The notes beneath the pieces were generated by a model. That model did no database searches, was not told where the DNA came from, and saw only the letters and a list, made by a program, of their open reading frames with translations. A stretch of DNA of 64,000 nucleotides from Hemiscyllium ocellatum (lineage: Eukaryota): contig NC_083410.1 in the NCBI RefSeq assembly GCF_020745735.1, forward strand, positions 4,996,117-5,060,116, written 5' to 3'. Positions 23,288-34,874 of this stretch are shown here, one piece after another. Within the stretch, counting starts at the first letter, position 1. Every line of letters begins with the position of its first letter. A program made the position numbers and the translations under genes.

Positions 23288-24644
23288 CTGTTAAAAAGAG
23301 ACAAAAAAAGTTATCAAAACAACAGAAAATATTTGTTCAGAGTCACCATGAGACTAGCATTCCTTCTCCTGCTACAGAGAGAGTTCCATTCTCCTTTTGA
23401 GGGTCCCTAGCAGAAAGGAGCAAGAATCACTTTCATTAAATAGACGACAGGGGGACAGATGGTGGAGCAAACTAAAACAGACCAATTTCTCATATCATGG
23501 CAAAGACTAAATTAATTTAATTTTAGGTAAAACATTGAAGCACCGTTGACACTGTGTTCTCCCAGCCTTCTGGCAATCTCATTTCTCAACCAGCCTTGAT
23601 ATTTCCTTGCAACAACCATTTCCACATTACTCTCCCCTCTTTGGAAGGAGTCTCAATTGCATAAAGCCTCCAGAAGTATAAAGGTGGTGACCTCCCATTA
23701 GTTCCTTAACATAAATGGAGGGACAAGTAAGGAATACCAATCTGTGCCTTTGACATTACTAATCCCAAAAGTGAAAAAATTAACCACGTCCTATTGTGGC
23801 ATGGACTAGTCCCAGTCAGAGAACCCACACTAGCTGACTGGACCAATGACTGTCCATGATGATGTTTGCAATAACCGACATAGCTACTGGAAGCAGAGCG
23901 CTTTTGTCTCTTCACTTAAGGCAATAGTTTAAGCACACAAGGACTATGTCTGTGGACATAAACAATCTGTACTTTCAGGAGGCAAGAGGACAACCCAGCT
24001 CAGATAAATCAGTTCATCACAGACTGGATAATGAGCTCACACCTGTTTATTAAAAATTACTCAGTTCCAGACACCAGTGGTCACCGAATCAAAACTCAGA
24101 GGTAATCAGTAGCTAATCCTGTTCAGGAACACATGCCTCCATACAAATGAAATAATGGAAAACGATAAAAAAACTCTGAAAATTCATGAAGTCAAACACA
24201 ATTAAACAGCAAATATTACAACACAAAACAGTAACAGTGAATTTTTTTGAAAAATATTCAAGATCACCCACATGATTCAAGGTGTGCAGCACAGTAAGTG
24301 AGTCAGAGAGAGACAGAAATTGAAAGAGTGTGTCCATGTGCAATAGGTACAGAGCCTGAGTGGCAGTCTGAGACTTTGACTAGCATTATGAATCATTAAA
24401 CAGGTAAACATCAGACACAATATTTGACTTTGCAAATGATGCTTAGGTACAAGGTGCAGAGTCTGGCCCAATAATGAGACAAGGAGGCTGGGTCCAGGGA
24501 GTGAGGCTGAAAACGAGGCATGAGGGGGTTTTAACCTTACTGCAAAGTAACCAGTAGGCACTACTGTGATGAACGTTGTCAACTAAATAAAACTGTGCAA
24601 CATTTCTATTTCTGTCCTGTCACATCTCAAAGCATCACACAAAC

Positions 24645-24925
24645 TATGAATATCAGAATTGTACAGCACATACAGACCCTTCAGTCCAACCAATCCATGC
24701 CAACCACAATCCAAAACTAAACTAGTCCCATCTGCCTGCACTTGGCCCATAGCCCTCCAAATATTTCTAATTCATGTACTTACCCGAATGTCTCAAACAT
24801 TGTAACTGTACCCACATCCATCACTTCCTCTGGAAGTTCATTCCACACACAAACCATTCTCTTATGCCCTTTTTAAAAATCTCTCTCCTTTCACCTTAAA
24901 ATATGCTCCTAGTCCTGAAATCCAT
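24645..24925 (-). mobile_element. CR1 3' fragment
   Basis: 3' UTR matches the other CR1 copies (cagacccttcagtccaac...ccatagccctccaaa). Confidence 0.7.
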
Positions 24926-26569
24926 CACTATTGAGCTCTGACTTTGACAGTAAATTGAGAACATGTTTATTGCAATGGCTTTTTAAAAAAGTGTGTCAGA
25001 TTTAACTTTTGTTGCTACCTTCTGCCTGTTTCATATGCAGTTTAGGAAATGAATGCTTTCCTGGTCAGTTGTAGCTGTATGTTTGATGGTCTGATGATAA
25101 TTATTGAGAATATTGTTGAATTCTTCTAACTCAGCTTTTATGTGAGGCTAGAATTCTTAATACACCAAGTACATTTGGTAGTACAGACTTCAGTATTGCG
25201 AAAAAAAAAATTGTTGAAACTTTCCCTCTGGCACTGATCAGAGCAATTCACAAGAGTATTTACACTATGAGAGGAGAGTGCTGCTTAGTTAATAATTATC
25301 CCAGTCCACAAGTCAACTTGTCTCATTACCAGTTAATCATTAACTATTCATTATTGGTCAAGACTTTTCACTTCATATCTGAGCATCTTTTGCAATGATA
25401 AATATTGGATTCCCAGGCACAACTGCCATTTGCTTGTCAATGATTCATAATGCCAGCGAAACTGTCACCAGTGTCAATGTTAACTCAATTTTTCTCACTT
25501 CACAGATGCTGCTAGATCTGGCAAGATTCCCAGCAATTTCTGTTTTTGTTTCGTATCCCCAGCATCCACAACTCTTTATTTTGTTTCAGACTGGTGCTCA
25601 AGTTCTGTACCAGTCCCAAAACCTCTTCTAATCTCTCTCTCTCTCTCTCGGAGACCAACTCATTGTACCATATACCTCACATCTTGTGGGTGACATGATC
25701 ATCATAAACATTCAAATTAGGGACAGAGATATGCCCGTTCAAGCCCACACCTCCATTCATTAAGGTCCTGGCTGAACTTGTGTTCCACATTCCTTCTGTC
25801 CCTGATGAATCTTCGATCCCTTACCGAACAAGAATCCATCTACATCTGCTCTAAAAATGTTAACTGATGCACACCTGTAATAACACCTCTACCCGAGTCA
25901 ACCAACCAGCACTCTCTCACACAGCATCGTTTTCCCATTACTTTTGTATTCTTGTGAATTGGCTTGATGGAAGGAAAATGAGAATCTTCAACAAAACGTG
26001 TCCACTTTCTAACGTGAAATGAAAAGTAGTCCCTGAAAATGAAAAACAAAACCTTCAAGAACATTGAGAGGCACTCAAGAAATTTGACTCCTGTACCTCT
26101 ACCCAACCAAAATCATAGCTCTCAGTTTTGGAACCCCTAATTGATCCCCTAGGTGGAAAAAAAAATCGCAGTTTCAAGTTCCTCTCTGTGATGACATGTG
26201 TCCCTGGATTGCAGAGATTTTAATTTTTGATTTACTCTTGACATATGTAATTCTCTCTTGATATGCGTAATTCAACTGATCAGATAGAAACAGGAGTGCA
26301 AATGGAAGTGTACAAACATACCACTCACTAGTGGTTTCTCCTGGCACACTAACAACCTGGGAAAAGGGTGGGTTGGATTTTGCTGCTCCACTCTGGTAAA
26401 CATTGCCTGGAGTTCCACAGCAGCCCCTATGGCACGGGAGTCTCTGGTTACATTTCTGCCCACCTCTTCCAATCCCCTTCTAAATGTCAAACTCAAAAAA
26501 AAGGTGACAACCAATAGCCAATGTTGGCTCAAAGTTCAATGTCTTCATACCTCACTTGCACTGGTCCTT

Positions 26570-27766
26570 TGCTATGGACTAGGCCAGACCACTCAAAACA
26601 TTCTTGAGCAGGCAGCTCCAGACCATAACTTTGCAATTTGTTTCGTTAAGTGTACAGTGAAAATTACCCAGAGGGTGAGTTACCAAGGTTTAAAAACTGA
26701 CAAAAAAAGAATTTATTCACAAAATTACACAATGGAACACAAAGAACAGAATAAAGAACCCCCTACAGAACTCAGTCTATCCAAATTAGACTTAATCTAC
26801 ACAACAGTCCCAATAATCAAACCCCTTTTTAAACATAGTACAAAAAAGGGTCAGATGCTTACAGGTNNNNNNNNNNNNNNNNNNNNNNNNNNNNNNNNNN
26901 NNNNNNNNNNNNNNNNNNNNNNNNNNNNNNNNNNNNNNNNNNNNNNNNNNNNNNNNNNNNNNNNNNNNNNNNNNNNNNNNNNNNNNNNNNNNNNNNNNNN
27001 NNNNNNNNNNNNNNNNNNNNNNNNNNNNNNNNNNNNNNNNNNNNNNNNNNNNNNNNNNNNNNNNNNNNNNNNNNNNNNNNNNNNNNNNNNNNNNNNNNNN
27101 NNNNNNNNNNNNNNNNNNNNNNNNNNNNNNNNNNNNNNNNNNNNNNNNNNNNNNNNNNNNNNNNNNNNNNNNNNNNNNNNNNNNNNNNNNNNNNNNNNNN
27201 NNNNNNNNNNNNNNNNNNNNNNNNNNNNNNNNNNNNNNNNNNNNNNNNNNNNNNNNNNNNNNNNNNNNNNNNNNNNNNNNNNNNNNNNNNNNNNNNNNNN
27301 NNNNNNNNNNNNNNNNNNNNNNNNNNNNNNNNNNNNNNNNNNNNNNNNNNNNNNNNNNNNNNNNNNCTATTGAACTCCAACCAGTTCTGAACTGAACTGA
27401 GCTGCGCAGCTAAGCTACAGAGCGAGGCGAAAGTGAGGACTGCAGATGCTGGAGACTAGAGTCAAGGTTTGAATGGTGCTGGAAATGCACAGTAGGTCGA
27501 GCAGCAGAGGGACTGGAAAATCGGGCCCCATCCTGAAACGTCAATTTTCCTGCTCCTCGATGCTCCCTGACCTGCTGTGCATTTCCACCACCACTCTAAT
27601 CTAAGCTAAGCTAGAGAGCTGACCACTCTCCTTTCATTACACCAGTCACTTCTAAAACATGACCACTTTGGCCTGAAGTCTCATCTGTTTACACATAAAC
27701 AAAAAGGCCTCTCAATCCCTTTAATCTCTATACCAAATCAGATTGATCAGAACCCAGCATGTGACA
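26570..27766 (-). repeat. 3' LTR (contains the 500-N gap and a PLE-derived insertion at ~27420-27600)
   Basis: Aligns by eye with 32841-33468 and is adjacent to the PPT. Confidence 0.85.
26867..27366. other. Assembly gap (500 N)
   Basis: Run of N. Confidence 1.
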
Positions 27767-30700
27767 TCTCCCTTCCCCCCAAAAAGAAAAAGAAAAATCA
27801 ATATCAAAAAATATGGCTTCATTTTTAATCCTTCAAAAACCTAGTTTATAGTTGCAACTCACATATACACTATACTAACTGTAAACATGCAAACATGTAC
27901 AACCACACACAAATTCAGGCCACGGTACACCCACCACCGAATGCCTCCATATCTCATTAGAGTCTTGATAACGCATCGGTAATCAAGTTTTCACGACCAG
28001 CCACATGCACAGTTGTCAAACTGAATGGCTGCAACAACAAGCTCAATCTGAACACACTGGCATTTTTGTCCTTGAATTTTTCCACAAACGTCAGTAGGTT
28101 ACGCTCAGTGTATATGATTGTCTCAGATGCATTGTGGGTAATATAAACACTAATGTTGTAATGGCAACACAATGTTTAAAGTCTCTTTCTCGACCGGTGT
28201 ATATTTCTGTTGATGACCATTCAACTTCCTGGAAAAATACCTGATTGGTCTTTCTAGTCATCCTCCTGCAGGAGCACCACACCGACACCCACATCACTGG
28301 CAGCGATAGCCACCTTGAAAGGCTTCATGTAACCCAGCATGGCTAATACTGGGGCAGTGGTTAACACCGTTTTCAGCTGTCAAATGCCTTTTGATAGTCC
28401 GCTGTCCACGGAAAGTTCTTGCCCTTTTATAAAAATTCGGTAAGTGGAGCAGCCACACTGCTGAAGTTTAGCATAAATCTTCGGTAAAATCCACTCAATC
28501 CCATAGTACTGCTTTTTCTGTCAGCAGCGTGGATAATTCCCCAATTACTTTCATTTTTGCATCCCTTGGGACTATTTTCCATGTCCAATAACATGGCCCA
28601 GGAAGGTGACTTGGGCTTTGGCAAATTTACTTTTAGCCACATTTACCACCTTCTGAAGGCGATTGACCAAGTCCGATAAATGCTTTAAATGTTCCTTCGA
28701 TGAGTGACTAAAAATCACCAGGCCATCAATCTACACCACACAGTTGGGTAATCCGGCAATTAGTCAGTCTCTCAAATGTGGCTGGAGCATTTTTCATACC
28801 AAATGGCATGACTTTGAACTGATACAGTCCATTTGCTGTTATGAAAGTCAAAATCACCTTTGCTCTCTCTGACATAGGTACTTGTCAGTAGCTTCTGAGC
28901 AAGTCCAACTTAGAAATCCCACATTTTGGATACAGTCCTCCAACTGTGGAATTGGATATGCATCAGTCTTCGTATGGCATTGACTTTGCGATAGTCCACA
29001 CATAACAGTTGGGTACTAATTGGCTTACGGGTGAGCTCCAGTCACTAACTCACTTTGATTATGACATCCTGAAGCAGGCGCTATATTTCCTTCTGAACCT
29101 GTGCCAACTTTACAGCATTATGCCAATGGGATGTTGCTTAATCGGAACAGCATCTCCTACACCTACATCATGCAAATTAGGTTAGTACTTCCCAGTTTAT
29201 TTCTGCATATCTCCCCATCTGACAGTATAAGTTCTTTCAGGTCATTTCAGCTTTCTTGTGGAAGGGAACTCAATTTCTCCCAAATTTTGGCAACTTCCTC
29301 ATTGTCCACTTTGATTTGAGGAATGTCCAATTCAGAATTCTGAACTTGGTTCTTCCTTCTCCTCTTGCTTTCCTTATCAAAATACCTGGAGTGTATTCAC
29401 ATGACACAGATTTCTTCCTGTCTCAAATCTTTAGTAAGTAGTTCACTCACAATTTCTTCTCAATTTGATAAGGTCCACTAAACCTTGCTTTTAAAGGCTC
29501 ACCGGTCACTGGAAGTAGCACCAATTCCTTATCCCCAATTGCAAGATTGCACGTTTGTGATTTCTTATCTGCTGGTTTCATTTTATGCTGTGATACTTTT
29601 AAATGCTGTCTAGCCAACTCACTAGCTCTATTTAATTGTTATCTAAAATGAGAGTCCAAATGGGTGATCTCTGAATGATTAATTTCTCCTTAATTTTAAT
29701 GATCCTCTTACTTCATGCCCAATAATTAATTCAAATGGACTGAATTTGGTCAATTCATTCAATGCGCCTCTGATCACAAAAAGGACAAAAGGAATTCCCT
29801 TAGCTCAATCATCTGGATAATCTGGACCATAAGCCCTCAACATGGTCTTCAGTGTTTGATGCCATCTCTCTAGGATACCCTGCGATTCCAGATGATATGG
29901 AGTAGATTTGAATGGCTTTATTCCCAAGTTATTCATTTCCTCCTTGAATAGCTTGGATGTGAAGTTCAAATCTTTTGTCTGACTGGGTTCTCTATTGGTA
30001 ATTTGTATCTAGTAAAACATTTAAGTAATTCTTCTACAACCCTTTTAGCTGTGATGTTGCATAAAGTGATTGCCTCTGGAAATCTAGTTGACACATCCAT
30101 TATTGTTAAGAAACACTCATTCCCACTTCTTGTTTGAGGTAGGGGACTATGCAATCAATCAAGACGCTTGTGAAAAGGATCCTCAAATGCTGGAATAGGT
30201 ATGAAAGGTGCAGGGTTTATTATTGCGTGGGGTATTCCAAATAGCTGCTATGTATGACACGTCTGGCAAAAGTCAACTACATCCTTGTGTAGTCAACGCT
30301 GGTAAAAAAAAGTCTTTGTATTTTAGCCTGTGTTTTCCTCACTCCTAAATGACCCCCTAGTGGTAGGTCATGCGTCACTCGCAACATGTCCTTTTTCTAC
30401 CTTACTGGCAAAACAATTTGGTGAATCTCTGCCCAAATGGGTGATGGTCTCCATTTCCTCATTAAGGCATAATTTGTTAAGTAATAAAACACAGGAATGC
30501 ATTCAATTTCCTTCTCTGGAAATGCCTTTTTTGTGAGGATTTGTGGTAGGAGTACTGGACAAACTCTTAGCTCCAGGAACACAATTTGTCCTTGCAAATG
30601 ATACAGCTGATTCACCGTTAGGCATGCTACCTACTCTAGTTGAAAAGGCAGTTGAGACACAACTGAAGTAGTGACATTTTTTTTCTCAGGAATTTTCCCT

Positions 30701-31384
30701 GAATATGTGATCACAAGATCACAGGCACAAGCTGATGCAGGAGGGATCAATAGGAATAAATAAAGAAGCTGACAGTGTTATTAGAGACTTTTTTGATCAG
30801 ATAAGTGGAACAGAAAAAAGAGCAAATAGACTAAACATGCCAGTATCTTTAGCTCTGCTAAGCTGATTGAATTACAGCAGAAAGATGAGAAGTTAAAACA
30901 GTTGTATCAAAAGGCATAGAAAGGAAGTGCTGAGAGTGGCGCATGAGCTACCACTTGGAGATCATTTAGGGGTGAGGATCCACAGGCTAAAATACTCTTC
31001 TCTGGACGCTCTAGCCTCACTTTACATAATTGAGCACTCGGTCTCACCATGAATGCCTGTTATCAGTACCTTTCCTGCAATAGTCCCTCAGCAGCACACA
31101 CCTCATAATCCTTCAGCATTACAGACTGACAGGATCCTGTATATTTTAAGCAGATCTGGCACTTCCTCCTTAAATCAACCTCTGAACACCAAGGCAGTTG
31201 TCTACCTTTCCTTGTACTTTCTGTTACTAGTCCAACAAAACTTCCAGGCTTGTCCAGTTTTCCTACATCTGGCTTTCTCCTAGGCCACCAACACTGATTT
31301 TGTGTGGCCTACTTTATTACAACGAAAACATTGGACATTTTAACTCCTTTGTCCCCCTCAAGCATATCCTGGTGACTCACTCAC

Positions 31385-32550
31385 AAGGATACTAGTGAAA
31401 ATGGGTCACGTCTTCCCGCCTGTTTGTCCAATGTAGTATTTGTTACAGTTCTTGCAAGGGATCCTGTAAATGACATTAGTTTTGCTTGTTGTCTGTACAG
31501 TCTTTAAAGTTCATTATCTGCTGTTTTACTGTGTTGATAGGTTTGTGGGCTACCATGATGCCAAGGGGTCCGAGTAGCCTGGCAGTCATTTCCGAGATGT
31601 ATTTGATGTAGGGGAGAGAGGATAAGGTTTCTGGACGTGGTTTGTCTGCTTGTTTGGGTTTGTTGCTGAGAGAGAGGAAAAACAAAACAAACGACGGATT
31701 GTGTTCATTGGGTACTTGTTCTTTTTGAATACACTGTACTGGTGGTGATTTCCCTCTGCTCTTAGTTCCTCTTTGCTGCAGTGTGTACAGCTAATGAACT
31801 CGCAATATCCTAAACAGATAACAAGCAAAACTAATGTCATTTACAATATACCTTGCAAAAACTGTAACAAACACTACATTGGACAAACAGACAGAAATCT
31901 AGTCACCAGGATACATGAACATCAACTAGCCAGAAAGAGACAAGACCCACTTTCACTAGTATCCTTACATACAGGGAGGAAGGATACCACTTTGACTGGG
32001 ACATCACATCCATCCTAGGACAAACCAAACAGAGACACACATGAGAATTCCTAGAAGCATGGCATTCCAACCAGCACTCTATCAACAAACACATTGACTT
32101 GGATCCCATTTACCACACCCCGAGAAAAAAAAGGCAATGACATTACCATAGGAAATGATGTGGTAAAAACAATGACTGCAGATGCTGGAAACTAGATTCT
32201 GGATTAGTGATGCTGGAAGAGGACACCAGTTCAGGCACCATCTGAGGAGCAGTAAAATCAATGTTTCGAGCAAAAGCCCTTCATGAAGGGCTTTTGCCCG
32301 AAATGTCGATTTTACTGCTCCTCGGATGCTGCCTGAACTGCCATGCTCTTCCAGCACCACTAATCCAGAAATAGGAAATGACATCACCACTGGAAATTAC
32401 ATCAGCAACCCAAGGAAACCTAAACACAAATAGAAAGCAGACCACACCACCAATGCTTCATCTGGAGGCTCACTAATGCTGTTACCTAGTATGGTGATGA
32501 AACATCTGAGAACAAACCTTCCAGCTCAGCGAGCAAACCTATATCCAGAT
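31385..32550 (+). mobile_element. Penelope/Poseidon-type PLE inserted in the Gypsy gag, with inverted 5' part
   Basis: Plus strand from ~31790 gives GIY-YIG (NVIYNIPCKNCNKHYIGQT…RIHEH) and a 3' pLTR with a degenerate hammerhead (ctaatgctgttacctagtatggtgatgaaacatc, ~32477-32510). Minus strand 31385-31790 gives the RT-EN linker (LPYIKYISEMTARLLGPLGIMVAHKP) and a second copy of the EN start. Confidence 0.85.
32166..32370. mobile_element. 174-bp spacerless palindromic PLE pseudo-LTR element nested in the PLE
   Basis: Arms 32197-32283 and 32284-32370, centre cccttca|tgaaggg. ataggaaatga is duplicated at 32148-32158 and 32371-32381. Confidence 0.8.
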
Positions 32551-32840
32551 TCTGATGGTTTCTCCAGCAAGTTTAAATGCTGAGCTACTGCTGTAATTAT
32601 CTCTCCTATCCTCACAGAAGCAGGCAGGTCCAATCCCAACTGGTCAGCTAATTCCTGCAGCTTGGTCTTATTCACCTTTTGCAAAAAGGTTCCAAAGTCA
32701 CCGCATCCACTTCCAGAAAACGTTTAGTGACTGAAAGCCATTACTATCCCAAGCTTTGTCTACCCAACCAAACCAACACCCAAAATAAAGACACGAGCAC
32801 CTACCACTCACTATTTAAAATCCCGCAAGAGCTCCCAATC

Positions 32841-33468
32841 AGTTATGGATTAGGTCAGACCATTCAAAACATTCTTGAACAGGCAAACCAGACCAGAACT
32901 TTGTCATTTGTTTTGCTAAGTGTACAGTGAAAATTACCTTGAGTAAGTTAGCAAGGTTGACTACCAGGTTTAAAATAGAAAAAAAATATTCACATAATTA
33001 CAAATGAGACATGAAAAACAGAATAAAAAAAGGACCTCTACAAAACTCAGTATATCCAAACTAGACTTAAGTATGCTGTTCTGAATATACACAACAGTCC
33101 CATAAGCAACCCCCCTTTAAAACACAGTACAAAAAAGAGTTAGATGCTTGCAGGTTGAAATTAGAAGGGCAGGACAGAGAGTTTCCACACAGCTCACTGT
33201 TGAACTCCCAGCCAGTTCTGAATTGAATTAAACTGCTCAGCTAGAGAACTGACCTTTTCATTGTACAGGTCACTTCTAAGATGTGACCACTTTGGCCTGA
33301 AGTCTCATTTGTTTATACATAAATAAAAAAAGCCTCAATATCCTTTACATCTCTGTCCCAAACCAGACTGATTGGAGCCCAGCCTGCTTTATTTATCCTC
33401 TGAAGAAAAATAAAAATCAGTCTCCTTGAGCCACGGAACAGCTTTTAGAAAAAAAAAGCTTTGTGACA
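32841..33468 (-). repeat. 5' LTR
   Basis: Begins TGTCAC on the minus strand, is followed by the PBS and is bounded by the TSD. Confidence 0.85.
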
Positions 33469-34049
33469 CCTTGTAGGCCACTTCACTGTACAGAAGGTCT
33501 TGGGCTAGATGTTGGCAATGTGCCTAATAAACTAACATTCATAACCACCCCCGGGGTAGGGGTGGGTGGAGGTGGAAAATGCAATCACAGGATCAACCCA
33601 GGAGAACAAAGTCACTGAAAAAGGGCATATGTTACTTTGGCTATTTCTGTATGCTCAGCATTCCTTAACAGGACAGGCTCACCAGTTCAGGGATCATTGC
33701 ACAGATACAGTCAATTCAACTATACACCAATTCACAAATGGCACTGGTAAAAAAAACAAAGATGACTTTAAACAAATACCACCACTGTAAAATACAGAGA
33801 CCAAAAAAAGACTACATTCCAATCAAAAACCATTGTATTTACTCATTGAATGTGTATTACAAAGACTGAATCTTGAGTCATGATGTGGAGGTGCTGTGTT
33901 GGAATGGGGTGGTCTCGCACAGTCCTTAATCATCTCACACACCAGCTCTATAGCAGACACCACACGCTTAAAATCCAGATAGAGTTCATATTCTCAGCTT
34001 GTGCTACAGTGGACCTGCTAGAAGACACTGCCAAGCAGATGAGGCAATG

Positions 34050-34545
34050 CATACTAAGCACATAACCAAGAAGAAGAGGAAACTGGAGAAATTCAGCATC
34101 ACCAACAGCAGTCACCAAACCGGTACTATCAGAGGGAAACCCATCACCCGGTCGAAGGGTGTCTGACTAAACCCTTCGACTGGACAAAATTGAAGTTCTC
34201 AGCAGAGGGCTCAATTTCTGCCCTAATCCCAGAATGGACTCCATTGGTCTCTTAACAGACACAGAGGAATTCATCAGGCGAACGAGGGTCCGTGAATTCT
34301 TCCATTAAACCAAAGTGTCAACAACGAACCCAATGAGATAACCAACAAACCGGAACAGTTGACAGACAGATCCGTGGTGCAGTGACTAAAGAAGAAAGAG
34401 TCAAATAGGACCCCTCTAGAAAGCTGCTGCCTGAGGCATGATATGTACACTCAAGCCGTCAGGACATGTACTAATGCCAGATTCATCAGTCGTGTTCACA
34501 AGATAGCGCAGATCATCACCTAAGCACAAGCAACTCCATCCATGC
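34050..34545 (+). mobile_element. Degenerate PLE N-terminal ORF remnant
   Basis: EVLSRGLNFCP…TEEFIRRTRVREFF is the conserved PLE N-terminal motif. Confidence 0.6.
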
Positions 34546-34565
34546 AAGGGTCTGTTTCCATGCTG

Positions 34566-34755
34566 GTCAGGCAGCATCCAAGGAGCAGGAGAATCGATGT
34601 TTCAGGCATGAGCCCTTCTTTAGGAATCCATTCCTGAAGGGCTCATGCCCGAAACATCGATTCTCCTGTTCCTTGGATGCTGCCTGACCTGCTGTGCTTT
34701 TCCAGCAACACATTTTCAGCTCTGATCTCCAGCATCTGCAGACCTCACTTTCTCC
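34566..34755. mobile_element. Fold-back PLE pseudo-LTR element with 15-bp TSD
   Basis: TSD tctgtttccatgctg at 34551-34565 and 34756-34770. Inverted arms surround ttctttaggaatccattcctgaa. Confidence 0.85.
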
Positions 34756-34825
34756 TCTGTTTCCATGCTGTACATTTCTATGACTCTGACAGTTCAAATC
34801 CACCTTCTCCTATTTTTCTAAGTTT

Positions 34826-34834
34826 GGGAGGGGG

Positions 34835-34870
<36 letters not shown>
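34826..34870 (+). repeat. Poly-G tract directly upstream of a SINE (SINE ~34871-35105)
   Basis: About 35 uninterrupted G at 34836-34870, followed by actcagtggttagcac. Confidence 0.9.

Positions 34871-34874
<4 letters not shown>

Larger units (their letters stand above)
26570..33468 (-). mobile_element. Complete, decayed Gypsy LTR retrotransposon of Gmr1 type (gag-PR-IN-RT-RH)
   Basis: Two related LTRs with TG…CA-type ends and TSD CCTT at 26566-26569 and 33469-33472. tRNA-Pro-like PBS TGGGAGCTCTTGCGGGAT (32837-32820) and PPT 27767-27780. Remnants in order from the 5' LTR: gag with CFRCNKVGH knuckle (~31320), DTGS protease (~31140), integrase (YHLESQGILERWHQTLKTML, ~29830-29900), RT (DYRKVNA, MPFGMKNAPATF; ~28600-29000), RNase H (…HVAGRENLITDALSR*; ~27960-28320). 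Confidence 0.9.

Noticed and set aside
26429-27380. 314-aa and 173-aa ORFs
   Set aside because: Artefacts of translating through the N gap within an LTR.
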